NCBI RefSeq assembly: GCF_008000775.2
Contig: NZ_CP042905.2
Location: 2,010,001-2,042,000 of the forward strand
Origin: Promethearchaeum syntrophicum
Lineage (GTDB): Archaea > Asgardarchaeota > Lokiarchaeia > Sigyniarchaeales > Promethearchaeaceae
Length of the DNA: 32,000 nt
Direction of reading: 5' to 3'
Part shown: piece after piece, positions 1 to 8,800 of the stretch
How positions within the stretch are numbered: position 1 is the stretch's first letter
Layout of the letters: the number at the start of each line of letters is the position of its first letter
Translations under genes and position numbers: made by a program
Notes under the pieces: model-generated
What the model was told of the DNA's origin: nothing
Seen by the model: only the letters and a program-made list of their open reading frames with translations
The model's database searches: none

Positions 1-2
1 AA

Positions 3-1133
3 ATCTTAAATGAAAATGATAGGAAGACGTTGAATTCTCTCGGTTCTCCCGTTTCTTCTCAAGAAATTAAGGAAGACAACTTATATTTAAGCTATTATAT
101 TGAGAACGGGGATGTAGATACAATTATTCTTTGGGGCACATTTGTAAAACCCAACACTGCTTTCGGACATTTTCAATTAAGAGGTAGAAAAAAGCCCAAC
201 CATATTCGTTTAACATCTTATGATAACACTGAAATACTAAAATTATTAACATGTTTCCATCATTTGGGCTCTCTTCATTTCTTTTTTTTCTTCGAATCAA
301 CAGACTCACTTGAACTAATTGGAAATCTTAAATATCTTAGGAAATTATCGATCACAAACGATAATTCAATAAAATTACCCAATTCTTTAGAAAAACTTTC
401 TAATCTCACTGATTTGGCAATTACAATTACAGAAAAGCCTTTTCCTTTTTCGGATTCACTAAAAAATCTCCAGAATCTTGAGAAATTTCATATCGGCACC
501 GATCTCAAAAAATTTCCAGAATTCGTTTTGAATTTTAAAAAATTAAAATCCCTAAGCTTAGCATCAAATTCATTACTTTATATTCCTCCTTCCATAGGTG
601 ATCTCCGAAATCTCCAAAAATTGAACTTATACAATAATAAAATATCATCGCTCCCACACACTATCGAAAACTTGCAGAATCTCACTCACATTAACATCGC
701 ACGGAATAATTTTACCACAATTCCCGAATATATTAAAAACCTAAAAAATCTCAAATCGATCGATATAGACAAAAATCCGTTTGTTTCTCTTGAATCATTT
801 AAATTTCTTTATTCCAATCGTAAATTAATTATAAATGGTAAACAGTCCATCGGTAGTCTCAATATTCCAAAAAAGATAAAAAATTTGTGGTTTGATGGAA
901 AATATGATGAAATAATGCAATATTATACCCCTCCCATTACTGAAATAGCTCAAAAATATGCTCAAGATCCTAAATCTCTCACTGGTCTTGAATTTGAACG
1001 TCTGGAAACTGAAGCTACGAACGAGGTGCGCGATATTTTAGAACTATCCTTGCCTAAAGACGACTCAATGTTAAAAATTATAAATGATAAATTAAAATTT
1101 GGCTTAAGAAATGGCCTAAAATTAATGAGATGA
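3..1133 (+). CDS. Leucine-rich repeat protein, probably truncated by the left window edge
   Basis: Tandem about 23-residue LRR units (LRNLQKLNLYNNKISSLPHTIENLQNLTHINIARNNFTTIPEYIKNLKNLKSIDIDKNPF). The listed start at 30 is a TTG and the frame is open back to base 3 (ILNENDRKT-LNS), so the gene likely begins upstream. Confidence 0.85.
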   Translation: MLNENDRKTLNSLGSPVSSQEIKEDNLYLSYYIENGDVDTIILWGTFVKPNTAFGHFQLRGRKKPNHIRLTSYDNTEILKLLTCFHHLGSLHFFFFFESTDSLELIGNLKYLRKLSITNDNSIKLPNSLEKLSNLTDLAITITEKPFPFSDSLKNLQNLEKFHIGTDLKKFPEFVLNFKKLKSLSLASNSLLYIPPSIGDLRNLQKLNLYNNKISSLPHTIENLQNLTHINIARNNFTTIPEYIKNLKNLKSIDIDKNPFVSLESFKFLYSNRKLIINGKQSIGSLNIPKKIKNLWFDGKYDEIMQYYTPPITEIAQKYAQDPKSLTGLEFERLETEATNEVRDILELSLPKDDSMLKIINDKLKFGLRNGLKLMR

Positions 1134-1200
1134 CTACTACTAAAATCTTTCAAAATAATTAACAAAAAAAAAAAATTTAAAAAACTAATATTGCTGGAAC

Positions 1201-1719
1201 TTAATCTACTTCGCGTTCAATATAATCAAAGAAATCATAAATCCATGCCCGAGGTTTCGAGGCTAACTTCAAACTACCGTCAACCTTGCAATCTCCACTG
1301 AAGAACTCTGCGTCTGTGTTTGGATTACCTTTCATTATTTTTAATTGACAGGCAGGGGTCCAATCCATCCAGATTACATGCTTAACTGGTTGAACCGCTG
1401 CTGGATCATATGTTCCTGTATACATTGCGAGTTTTTGTTCTTCCGGAGTGAATTTAAGGATAAATTTCTTTTCACTACCCCGAACTTCAATAAAATAAGC
1501 AAGAGATTCATATTCTTCGAGATCACTTTCTAAATTTTCCCAATATTCCTGTTTATCTTCATCATCTGATTTTTTAGATGCAAGTGCTGCACCTACAATA
1601 GCTTTGAAGAATACTTCGGCATCTAAAGTCCCGTCGAATGTTCCGGTATCGAATTTTTTCACATATTCATCGATAGCGCTTATCATTTCTTCTGGTGTAA
1701 ACCATTTAGTAATTTCCAT
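1201..1719 (-). CDS. SCP2 sterol-carrier-like domain protein, acidic
   Basis: C-terminal FFSGDCKVDGSLKLASKPRAWIYDFFDYIE resembles the end of SCP2-fold domains (G.lkv.Gdl.la.k). ORF of 172 aa. Confidence 0.5.
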   Translation of the reverse strand: MEITKWFTPEEMISAIDEYVKKFDTGTFDGTLDAEVFFKAIVGAALASKKSDDEDKQEYWENLESDLEEYESLAYFIEVRGSEKKFILKFTPEEQKLAMYTGTYDPAAVQPVKHVIWMDWTPACQLKIMKGNPNTDAEFFSGDCKVDGSLKLASKPRAWIYDFFDYIEREVD

Positions 1720-1875
1720 TTTTTAAGATCACCTTGTAATAAAATAGATTTTAACCTATTTAGGTTGTTTGAAAAATATGCGGTAGCGTATAAAAAGCTT
1801 TTTTTCAGAATCCCATAGGAAAGAGTAAAAAGTTTAAAATATCGAGAAAGGGTAGAAAAAAAATCTAGAATGAAA

Positions 1876-2940
1876 TTAGAGATCGATTAAACCTTTCGAA
1901 ATCATACCATTTATCATATCATCGAATATTTTATCGATATTTTTACCAATTCGTGCTGAAGTTTCAAGATATCCGATATTAAGTTCATTTGCAAGGCTTA
2001 ATGCCTCTTCATGAGAAATTTGAATATCTTCCGTTAGATCACATTTGTTTCCGCACATTACAATCTGGATTTCATCGAAATTACTAAAATTGCTTTTAAC
2101 ATCCGAATACCAATTTTTGATATTATCAAATGTTTCGGGTTTAGTTAAGTCAAAAACAATTATCACACATTGCGCCCCGTTATAATAGAGTGAGCGGATT
2201 TTTTGGAATTTAGATTGCCCTGCAAGATCCCATAAAATCATCTGAAATGTTGTATTATTCAGAGCTATGGTTTTTTCAGTGATATTAGCACCAATAGTTG
2301 GGATATAACTCCTTCTAAATGCTCGGTCGGTAAATTGGAGTATCATAGAAGTCTTTCCCACCCCTGGATCACCAATTATGATGGTTTTAAAAGCGAATTC
2401 TCCCTTAATTGGCTCTTCTTGAGCTGTGGGGAATTGTTTTGAATTGTCTACAAATTGTACTTCTTGGGAAGCTAATTTAAGCAAGAATTTTTGCATTTGG
2501 CCATGGAATAATTTAAGTTTATCACGTAAAATTTCTGATACTTCATTTTTCTGGACAAGCGGTAGAAAACCTATGAGAAATTCATTTATATTTGCCTCAA
2601 TGTCATCTTTATATTTATATAGAATAGAATCATCTTTTTCTTCAAATAATACTGAAAGAGTAGCTTCTCTTCTTCCGCCTCTGCGAGTTGAATCCTTCCA
2701 TTCTAGAAGTTTAACAAGCCCTTTCATTTTTAATTGAGGAAAAGACATAATGGCTAATTCATCAGAAATTTTCTTCGAATAGGTAAAAAGGTCAATCGTT
2801 ACACTAGAGACGGTGCTTCTGGTATATTTAGCGACATTTTTTGGATAAAACACCCTCACAAATGGACCGACTTTTTCATCGAATAAGGAGAAAATAATTT
2901 GAAGTGCAATTTCCATGTTATCTTTAATTACATTTCCCAA
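1876..2940 (-). CDS. Ras/Rab-like small GTPase with longin/roadblock-like N-terminal extension
   Basis: C-terminal G domain: GDPGVGKTS (G1), T in PTIGANI (G2), WDLAGQSKF (G3), GNKCDL (G4), ETSA (G5). N-terminal about 165 aa begins LQIIFSLFDEKVGPFVRVFYP, longin-like in style. Confidence 0.88.
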   Translation of the reverse strand: MGNVIKDNMEIALQIIFSLFDEKVGPFVRVFYPKNVAKYTRSTVSSVTIDLFTYSKKISDELAIMSFPQLKMKGLVKLLEWKDSTRRGGRREATLSVLFEEKDDSILYKYKDDIEANINEFLIGFLPLVQKNEVSEILRDKLKLFHGQMQKFLLKLASQEVQFVDNSKQFPTAQEEPIKGEFAFKTIIIGDPGVGKTSMILQFTDRAFRRSYIPTIGANITEKTIALNNTTFQMILWDLAGQSKFQKIRSLYYNGAQCVIIVFDLTKPETFDNIKNWYSDVKSNFSNFDEIQIVMCGNKCDLTEDIQISHEEALSLANELNIGYLETSARIGKNIDKIFDDMINGMISKGLIDL

Positions 2941-2989
2941 ATAATAAGATTTTTTTTTCTAATAATTGGGTAAGCATAATGTAGAAATA

Positions 2990-4345
2990 TTAGATTTTTC
3001 TCAGTATAGCGATGAAATAACCGGAGCTTTCTTGGTATCTAGGGTAAAAACGTAACAGATTTTTCAAATCCATTGTATCAAGGCCGTCATAATCTAAACC
3101 GGGGGTTCCATATTGTAAATACTTCTGATCAATTGGGATGGTTTGATATCCAAGTTTTTGAACTGCGTAGGCAAGAATTCCTTCATTTTCTTCTTTTGGA
3201 ATTGTGCATGTATTGTACATTAAAATTCCCCCGGGTTTTACGAGTTGATCAACTATTTTGAGTAGTCTTCGTTGATTTTTAGGGAAATCCAGTAAATCGT
3301 TTTGTGATTTTTCAAGATACAATTTTGGGCGGGTTCCTAAAGCGGAGCATGGAGGATCAAACAACAAATAATTGGCTTTTTCTCTGAGTTCTGGCATTTC
3401 ATTTAAGATTCGTTCTAACTTAATGGGCAATACATCTATATTGTGTAAACGTAAACGTTTAATATCATTTCGTAAATGTTCGAGGCGGTTAGTCGAGCGA
3501 TCTATGGAAACAATTTTCAACCATTTCTCCTTTTTTTGTTCTGAATATAACCAATGACTCCTTTCTGCAATTGCGGTTGTTTTATGACCTGGAGCCGAAC
3601 AAACATCAAAAATAATAGGATTTTTAATTTGAGTGTTTTTAACGATCTCTTCAACAAAAATAGCACAAGCAATTGTTGCAGGTAGTGTTTGCTCGGATAT
3701 CCAGCCTTCCTTATAAGCTGAGCTTGATCGATATTTAGGAAGGGAATATTTTGGCAGAGTTGTATTCACAAGAATCCCGTTCCTATACTTTGGGAGATCT
3801 TTGGATGAAATCATAGTCTCACCGTTTGCTACATGAAATTTCTCAACATTTTCATCCATTTTTTTGGTTCTAGATGTAGGTTTTAATAAAATCGATATTT
3901 CTTCCCCTTTGTCGAATTTATCAGAAGTTCCACAAAAACCTGGGACGAATAAATCAGCCCCAAGCATAATAGATTCTGCGGCATATTTATCTGTATATAT
4001 CTGTTTGGAAAGCATGGGGATCGTTTGATTTTCAATGAATGGGATTTTTAAGGTATTTTCAAGGGGTCCTTGCTCAGAGATTGTTTCTGGAAATTCTAAA
4101 TTCAATTCTTTTAGCAGATCCTTCATGGAAATCTTATTTAAATTCACTCGGAGAAAATAAAATTGAGGTGGAATGGTTATGCTTTCTAAGATTTCCTTAA
4201 GTTCATCCAAATTTGTTATCGTGTTATGAATATGGTCGACGATTGAGGAGGATATAAATTGATTTCTTGCATAGGCATAAATTTCTTCCATATTTCTACC
4301 TTTATCTGGTTTTAAAGTCAAATCTATCCTCAAATTTTCTAACAT
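2990..4345 (-). CDS. NOL1/NOP2/Sun family RNA m5C methyltransferase with internal PUA-like domain (NSUN6-like)
   Basis: SAM motif FDVCSAPGHKTTAIAE, motif IV FDPPCSALGTRP, motif VI YNTCTIPKEENEG; PUA-like GADLFVPGFCG..F.KGEEISI. An alternative start at 4291 (MEEIYAYARN) has an AAAGGT upstream. Confidence 0.9.
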   Translation of the reverse strand: MLENLRIDLTLKPDKGRNMEEIYAYARNQFISSSIVDHIHNTITNLDELKEILESITIPPQFYFLRVNLNKISMKDLLKELNLEFPETISEQGPLENTLKIPFIENQTIPMLSKQIYTDKYAAESIMLGADLFVPGFCGTSDKFDKGEEISILLKPTSRTKKMDENVEKFHVANGETMISSKDLPKYRNGILVNTTLPKYSLPKYRSSSAYKEGWISEQTLPATIACAIFVEEIVKNTQIKNPIIFDVCSAPGHKTTAIAERSHWLYSEQKKEKWLKIVSIDRSTNRLEHLRNDIKRLRLHNIDVLPIKLERILNEMPELREKANYLLFDPPCSALGTRPKLYLEKSQNDLLDFPKNQRRLLKIVDQLVKPGGILMYNTCTIPKEENEGILAYAVQKLGYQTIPIDQKYLQYGTPGLDYDGLDTMDLKNLLRFYPRYQESSGYFIAILRKI

Positions 4346-4402
4346 ATCCTTCTATAGAAACTTTTATATCGATACAAACGAATAAATTATTGACCAAATT
4401 CG

Positions 4403-5005
4403 GTGGTTATTATGAGCAAAAATAGCAGTCCTATCGGAACCATTTTAGCATCAGTTTTTATAACTCTTATCCTTGCAGGAGCGGGGATGTATTTTGGAAT
4501 GCCACTTATATTTCCCAATTTAAATGCTGATCTAAATGAGGGTAGTTTACTTCAAACAAAATCTGTAGAAGTTGATACCGTAGATTATATTAATGATGAT
4601 GATTTGACCTATGCGCAAATGCCTGGTATGGAATTGGGAATAACAACAAGTGGAAATTCCAGTTTATATGTGTCTTTTGAAGGTTTGTTTTTTTTAGGAA
4701 TGGATGATTTGTTTTTTGGATACACGGCATATAATATTTCACTTGTAGTTTCAGGAATAGGAAATAGAACAACAATGATTTATTACTATACTCAAACGAC
4801 TCCTTCAGCATATGTTTTTCTATCTCAAAATATTCATATGACTTTTGATACTGGAATTATTTCCTCTGGGAATTATACAATTTCAGTTTACTGGAGATCT
4901 ATATTAAATACTTCAGGTGGATCAATTACCACTCTAACAACACAAATAGAAAATTCTTTTCATAGCCCCAGGAAGATATACGTGCAAGAATTTTCAGCAT
5001 TATAA
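4403..5005 (+). CDS. Hypothetical membrane-anchored extracytoplasmic protein
   Basis: N-terminal TM segment (TILASVFITLILAGAGMYFGMPLIF) followed by a beta/Thr-rich exterior. Listed start is GTG; ATG at 4412 is a better start, preceded by ggtgg. Confidence 0.6.
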   Translation: MVIMSKNSSPIGTILASVFITLILAGAGMYFGMPLIFPNLNADLNEGSLLQTKSVEVDTVDYINDDDLTYAQMPGMELGITTSGNSSLYVSFEGLFFLGMDDLFFGYTAYNISLVVSGIGNRTTMIYYYTQTTPSAYVFLSQNIHMTFDTGIISSGNYTISVYWRSILNTSGGSITTLTTQIENSFHSPRKIYVQEFSAL

Positions 5006-5061
5006 ATTAAGTTTTTTTTTTTTCTAAATTCTTTTATTGAAGAACATCTAAAAAAAAGAAA

Positions 5062-5082
5062 CAGTCTTCAAGGTTATAAACT
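5062..5082 (+). repeat. IS left terminal inverted repeat
   Basis: cagtcttcaaggttataaact, 19/21 match to the reverse complement of 6518-6538. Confidence 0.88.
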
Positions 5083-5166
5083 CGACGACAAAAAACGTCC
5101 CTAAGTCTAATCTATGAAAACGATAGAAGATATAAAGGGGAAAGGAGAATATTTATATGATTATTT

Positions 5167-6519
5167 ATGAATATTGCAAGGAGTCGTTCGATTCCCACAT
5201 CGAAAACCCTTCCTTTCCCTAAAGATATATTTCTCCTAGGAGAATTTAAATCTTTGGTTAACAGTTTGGTCACTCGATTAGGAATCGCGAAAAGATTTAA
5301 GCCCAGGCTTTATTCATATGCAGATTTTGTGTTTGTTAAATTTTATGCTCTAACAACTTCAATACCAATCGAAAGAGCTTCAGAACGCCTTAATAAATGG
5401 CTGATATTCCAATATTTCAAGAAATACAAGTTAAAACCAAAAAATTTTCAAGACGGAGTTCGTAAACGGCGCTTAGTACCACATCAAACCGATGTTGATA
5501 AATTTTTCAGATTGTTATCTGAAAAAGAAGTCAATATGTTGTTCGGAAATCTATTAATGAACGTTGTACTGAAGGTTAAAGCTAGATGTATCGGAGGATC
5601 AAAACTCAGATTCTTAGTTGACAACACTGAATATGCATATTATGGCAAGCCCAACTCGCTTTTTGAAATTGGAACCAATCGAAAACCAGGAACTCGGTTC
5701 TGTCGCATGTTTCAAGGGCATGCACTTCACGGATCTGGAATGACATTGTTTACTGATTTCTATTTACTTCAAAAAGGGAAATATCGTTGTCTTAACATCC
5801 CTCATTCGGTAGAATGGATAAGGTGGTCGGGAATTAATCTTTCCTATTCTCTCATGGATAGAGAATTTTACCGCGCCGCCTTAATCAAAGATCTTAAAAC
5901 CTGTAAACTTCCAGTTCTTATTCCCGCGAAGAAATATCCCGGAATTAAAAGAAAAATCAAAGATTTCTTGCTCGGAATAGGTCCATTGGTATCAGTTTAT
6001 CACTTTTCACAAACCCAAAAGGTAAAACCATGGCCGAGTTCGGTTCATGTGAATTTTGTCGTTATTGGCCATAAAAATGTATTAGCAACCGAAATACGGC
6101 GCCAATTCAGACAAGGTATTTTAACGTTCGATGAAGCAATAAAACAGTTAGCAGGGTTCTTTACAACTCTCAAACCTTGGAAAAATCATTCACGATGGGC
6201 TAAATGGCTTTCACGAGCATATAAAAAAAGATGGAATGAAGAGACGGGGTTCAGTAAGTTGAATGATATTCACAAAAGTTTCCGGAATCATTATCCGAAT
6301 GTGCAATTATCTCAGCTCTATATGAGAGCAATAATTTATAACAATTGGCAATATTTCAAAAGAGAAGCAGAAAAATCAGGAATTAAAGCCTCAAAGAGAA
6401 CTTTAGCTGTGTTTTTAGAGATATTAGAATGGAGAATCTATAATCTAATTGAACAATCAGTGAGTTATAATTTAAAATATTTACAGAAAAAAAGAAGGAG
6501 GTTATATTTTGAAAGTTAA
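5167..6519 (+). CDS. DDE transposase, IS4-superfamily-like
   Basis: Candidate catalytic residues: FLVDNTEYAY (D1), YSLMDREFYRAAL (D2), YKKRWNEETGFSKLN (Y..R...E of the YREK-type signature). Located between TIRs. Confidence 0.85.
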   Translation: MNIARSRSIPTSKTLPFPKDIFLLGEFKSLVNSLVTRLGIAKRFKPRLYSYADFVFVKFYALTTSIPIERASERLNKWLIFQYFKKYKLKPKNFQDGVRKRRLVPHQTDVDKFFRLLSEKEVNMLFGNLLMNVVLKVKARCIGGSKLRFLVDNTEYAYYGKPNSLFEIGTNRKPGTRFCRMFQGHALHGSGMTLFTDFYLLQKGKYRCLNIPHSVEWIRWSGINLSYSLMDREFYRAALIKDLKTCKLPVLIPAKKYPGIKRKIKDFLLGIGPLVSVYHFSQTQKVKPWPSSVHVNFVVIGHKNVLATEIRRQFRQGILTFDEAIKQLAGFFTTLKPWKNHSRWAKWLSRAYKKRWNEETGFSKLNDIHKSFRNHYPNVQLSQLYMRAIIYNNWQYFKREAEKSGIKASKRTLAVFLEILEWRIYNLIEQSVSYNLKYLQKKRRRLYFES

Positions 6520-6538
6520 TTTATAACCTTAAAGACTG
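6518..6538 (-). repeat. IS right terminal inverted repeat
   Basis: Reverse complement of this segment is cagtctttaaggttataaatt. It overlaps the last bases of the transposase ORF. Confidence 0.88.
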
Positions 6539-6556
6539 AAGAAAAAATGAAAAAAA

Positions 6557-7576
6557 TTAAGAAAAAATTGGTATAAAGGCAAGATAGCAAAGAGCGGATA
6601 AGATTGCAGCAACTGGAAAGGTGATAACCCAGCTCACCACCATTTTTCTAAACGTTTTTTTATCAGGAGTTTCTCCTTTGACGCGTCCCGCCCCTAAAAC
6701 AGCAAAAATCAGGATATGACTTCCCGAAACAGGTAATCCCAGTAAGGTAGCTACGAAAATTACAACGCTTGTAGAGATTTGAATAGAAAAAGCATCACTT
6801 GGTCGCATTTCGATTAAATTATTGCCAACATTTTTAATAACATTGCGTCCAACAATTACCAAACCAAGAGTTAACATTAATCCAGTTAATGCAACGAGAG
6901 AGTAAATTAAAACCGAATTTCCTTCAATAATATCTCCTGATTCTATCAATCCGTACATAATCCCTAAGGCATTTGCTGAGTCATTTCCGCCTCTGCTAAT
7001 TTGAGTCCAACACACTGCTGCAATAAGCATGTAAACGAATTTTTGTTCAATACCTTCTAAGGTGTCCAATCCGATTTTTCTTGAACTTATAAATTTCTTA
7101 GTTCCCAGCTCAAATAAATAAGCCCCGAAATAACCCAAAATGGGGGAAATCACCCAACCTAAAACTACGCTTCCCATTTTCGTCCAATTTAATGCTTCTA
7201 TAAAATTTTCATTATATTTAAGAGCCCAAATAATAGCAATTCCAAAAACCGATCCTACAACAGAATGGGTGGTGGATATGGGGGCTCCTGTTTTAGAGGC
7301 TACAACAAGCCAGACTGTAGTGCTAATTAGGATTGCTAACATCATACTTATGGTGTATTCTACATCAGGTCCGAGAAGGCTTTTACCGACAGTTTTACCG
7401 ACACTTGCGGAAAGAAACAAAACCCCTACAAAGACTAAAATTCCTCCCAAAATAATGGCAACTTTCAATTTCACGGATCTAGATCCGACTAAAGTTGCCA
7501 TAGTCTCATCATTAGCACCTATTCCAAATGCCAATGCAAGCATTAAGAGTAGGAGGATTATTACGATTGGTTCCAT
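6557..7576 (-). CDS. pit: PiT-family inorganic phosphate transporter
   Basis: Repeated PiT signatures: FGIGANDETMATLVGSRS and RGGNDSANALGIMYG with GAPISTTHSVVGS / GLPVSGSHILIFAVLGAG; about 10 hydrophobic segments. Confidence 0.92.
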   Translation of the reverse strand: MEPIVIILLLLMLALAFGIGANDETMATLVGSRSVKLKVAIILGGILVFVGVLFLSASVGKTVGKSLLGPDVEYTISMMLAILISTTVWLVVASKTGAPISTTHSVVGSVFGIAIIWALKYNENFIEALNWTKMGSVVLGWVISPILGYFGAYLFELGTKKFISSRKIGLDTLEGIEQKFVYMLIAAVCWTQISRGGNDSANALGIMYGLIESGDIIEGNSVLIYSLVALTGLMLTLGLVIVGRNVIKNVGNNLIEMRPSDAFSIQISTSVVIFVATLLGLPVSGSHILIFAVLGAGRVKGETPDKKTFRKMVVSWVITFPVAAILSALCYLAFIPIFS

Positions 7577-7605
7577 TAATTCAATCTCCTTTTTTTATAT
7601 CCTTT

Positions 7606-8256
7606 CTATAATGCGTATTTGCACAACATTCCGTTTATTTCATCGGCAAATTCTTCTGATTTATCTGCAACTTTGCTAACTGCTTTAATTAAATTTTGGA
7701 AATAGTTGAACTCTAAAGGCTCTAACTTCAATTCAAATATTTTGGTTAAAAGGATCCAATGAATTTCTCTCACTTCTCTTCTGAAATCGTTAACATTTTT
7801 GATATATAATGGACCTTCCGAGAAATCAACAAGAATGACTTTGATCAATTTCTTTAAGTCGATTCCTATTTTACCAATATTTTCTGCCATTTTTCCAAGA
7901 CCTTCAACTAGTTCAGCTGGCGGGGTTGGATTAAATTGCAATAATTTTCTAACTACTATTTCGGTTTCATCAACAATTTTATCCATTCTTTCAATTATTT
8001 TCAATCTATCTGGGCGAGTAAATACCATGGTTTCTTTTGAGAATATTCTTTCGATTATCACTTCGCGTGAACGGTCCTGCTTTTTTTCGATAGCGATCGT
8101 TTCTTCCGCTTTTTTTCTGGCTTCCTTTATATTATTCTGGCAGTATGCATTCACAGCTTCACACATTGTTTGAAAAGCCTGATTTAGGAGTTCAGCATTT
8201 TCATAGAATAAATACCTAAGAGAATTTCCCTTTTCTTTTTTCATTAACTTCTTCAT
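7606..8256 (-). CDS. DUF47 / PhoU-like phosphate transport regulator
   Basis: Helical protein MKKLMKKEKGNSLRYLFYENAELLNQAFQTM..DREVRREIHWILLTKIFELKLEPLEFNYFQNLIKAVSKVADKSEEFAD. The track ORF extends to 8475, but ATG at 8256 is preceded by AAGGTG. Adjacent to pit. Confidence 0.82.
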   Translation of the reverse strand: MKKLMKKEKGNSLRYLFYENAELLNQAFQTMCEAVNAYCQNNIKEARKKAEETIAIEKKQDRSREVIIERIFSKETMVFTRPDRLKIIERMDKIVDETEIVVRKLLQFNPTPPAELVEGLGKMAENIGKIGIDLKKLIKVILVDFSEGPLYIKNVNDFRREVREIHWILLTKIFELKLEPLEFNYFQNLIKAVSKVADKSEEFADEINGMLCKYAL

Positions 8257-8398
8257 TAAAAACACCTTAAAATTTATCAAAATTTCAATAATACAATATA
8301 TTTTTTTGAGGAAATAAAAGTTCAGTTCAGATTTCTTAAATACATCAAAAAACTTTATTAAAATTGATGAAGAAATTTCAAGAAGGGTTGATGTTTCT

Positions 8399-8800
8399 AT
8401 GAATTTGAAAGAAGTAACTGCCAAAGATATAATGAGTACTGATATAACTGTTACAAGACGAATGGAAAAAGTCACTACCGCAGAAATGATGATGATAAAA
8501 AAAAATATCGGCGGTCTACCTGTTGTTTCAGATTCAGATAAATTAATTGGTATTTTAACGCAAAGAGATATTCAGCTAAGCCGTTCGATTATTGGAACGG
8601 AAGCTTTTCATGTAGATGATTTATATTCTAAGAATCCGGTTAAAGCAACCGTTGATGAAGATTTTCCAAGCATAATTAATAAAATGAATGATAATAATAT
8701 CGAGCGAATACCTATTGTTGACGGTAATGACCATGTTGTTGGGATTGTAGTCACTAAAGATATTATTAAAGCCTTAGGTGATTTTTTTCAAAAAATTTAA
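8399..8800 (+). CDS. Tandem CBS-domain protein
   Basis: Two CBS units: VTAKDIMSTDITVTRRMEKVTTAEMMMIKKNIGGLPVVSDSDKLIGILTQRDI and VKATVDEDFPSIINKMNDNNIERIPIVDGNDHVVGIVVTKDII. Confidence 0.93.
   Translation: MNLKEVTAKDIMSTDITVTRRMEKVTTAEMMMIKKNIGGLPVVSDSDKLIGILTQRDIQLSRSIIGTEAFHVDDLYSKNPVKATVDEDFPSIINKMNDNNIERIPIVDGNDHVVGIVVTKDIIKALGDFFQKI

Larger units (their letters stand above)
5062..6538 (+). mobile_element. Complete insertion sequence with about 21-bp TIRs and possible 6-bp TSD
   Basis: Left end cagtcttcaaggttataaact (5062-5082) matches the reverse complement of 6518-6538 (cagtctttaaggttataaatt) at 19/21. Flanks 5056-5061 and 6539-6544 are both aagaaa. Contains one intact transposase ORF. 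Confidence 0.88.

Noticed and set aside
1746-1870. Candidate regulatory element in the gap between the SCP2-like and GTPase genes
   Set aside because: Only A/T runs seen; no supported motif beyond typical archaeal intergenic composition.
5084-5099. Small hairpin gacg...cgtc just inside the IS left end
   Set aside because: Only a 4-bp stem; not distinguishable from chance in AT-rich DNA.
5178-5205. tRNA T-loop-like string gtcgttcgattccc
   Set aside because: Lies inside the transposase N-terminus; flanking bases do not form a T stem and no acceptor or anticodon arms are apparent.
7140-7679. 179-aa plus-strand ORF opposite pit
   Set aside because: Antisense to a confident PiT transporter; sequence looks like reverse-strand readout of TM codons.
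8257-8475. N-terminal extension of the DUF47 ORF in the track
   Set aside because: The extension is low-complexity and overlaps the divergent CBS gene start; ATG at 8256 has a good SD (AAGGTG).
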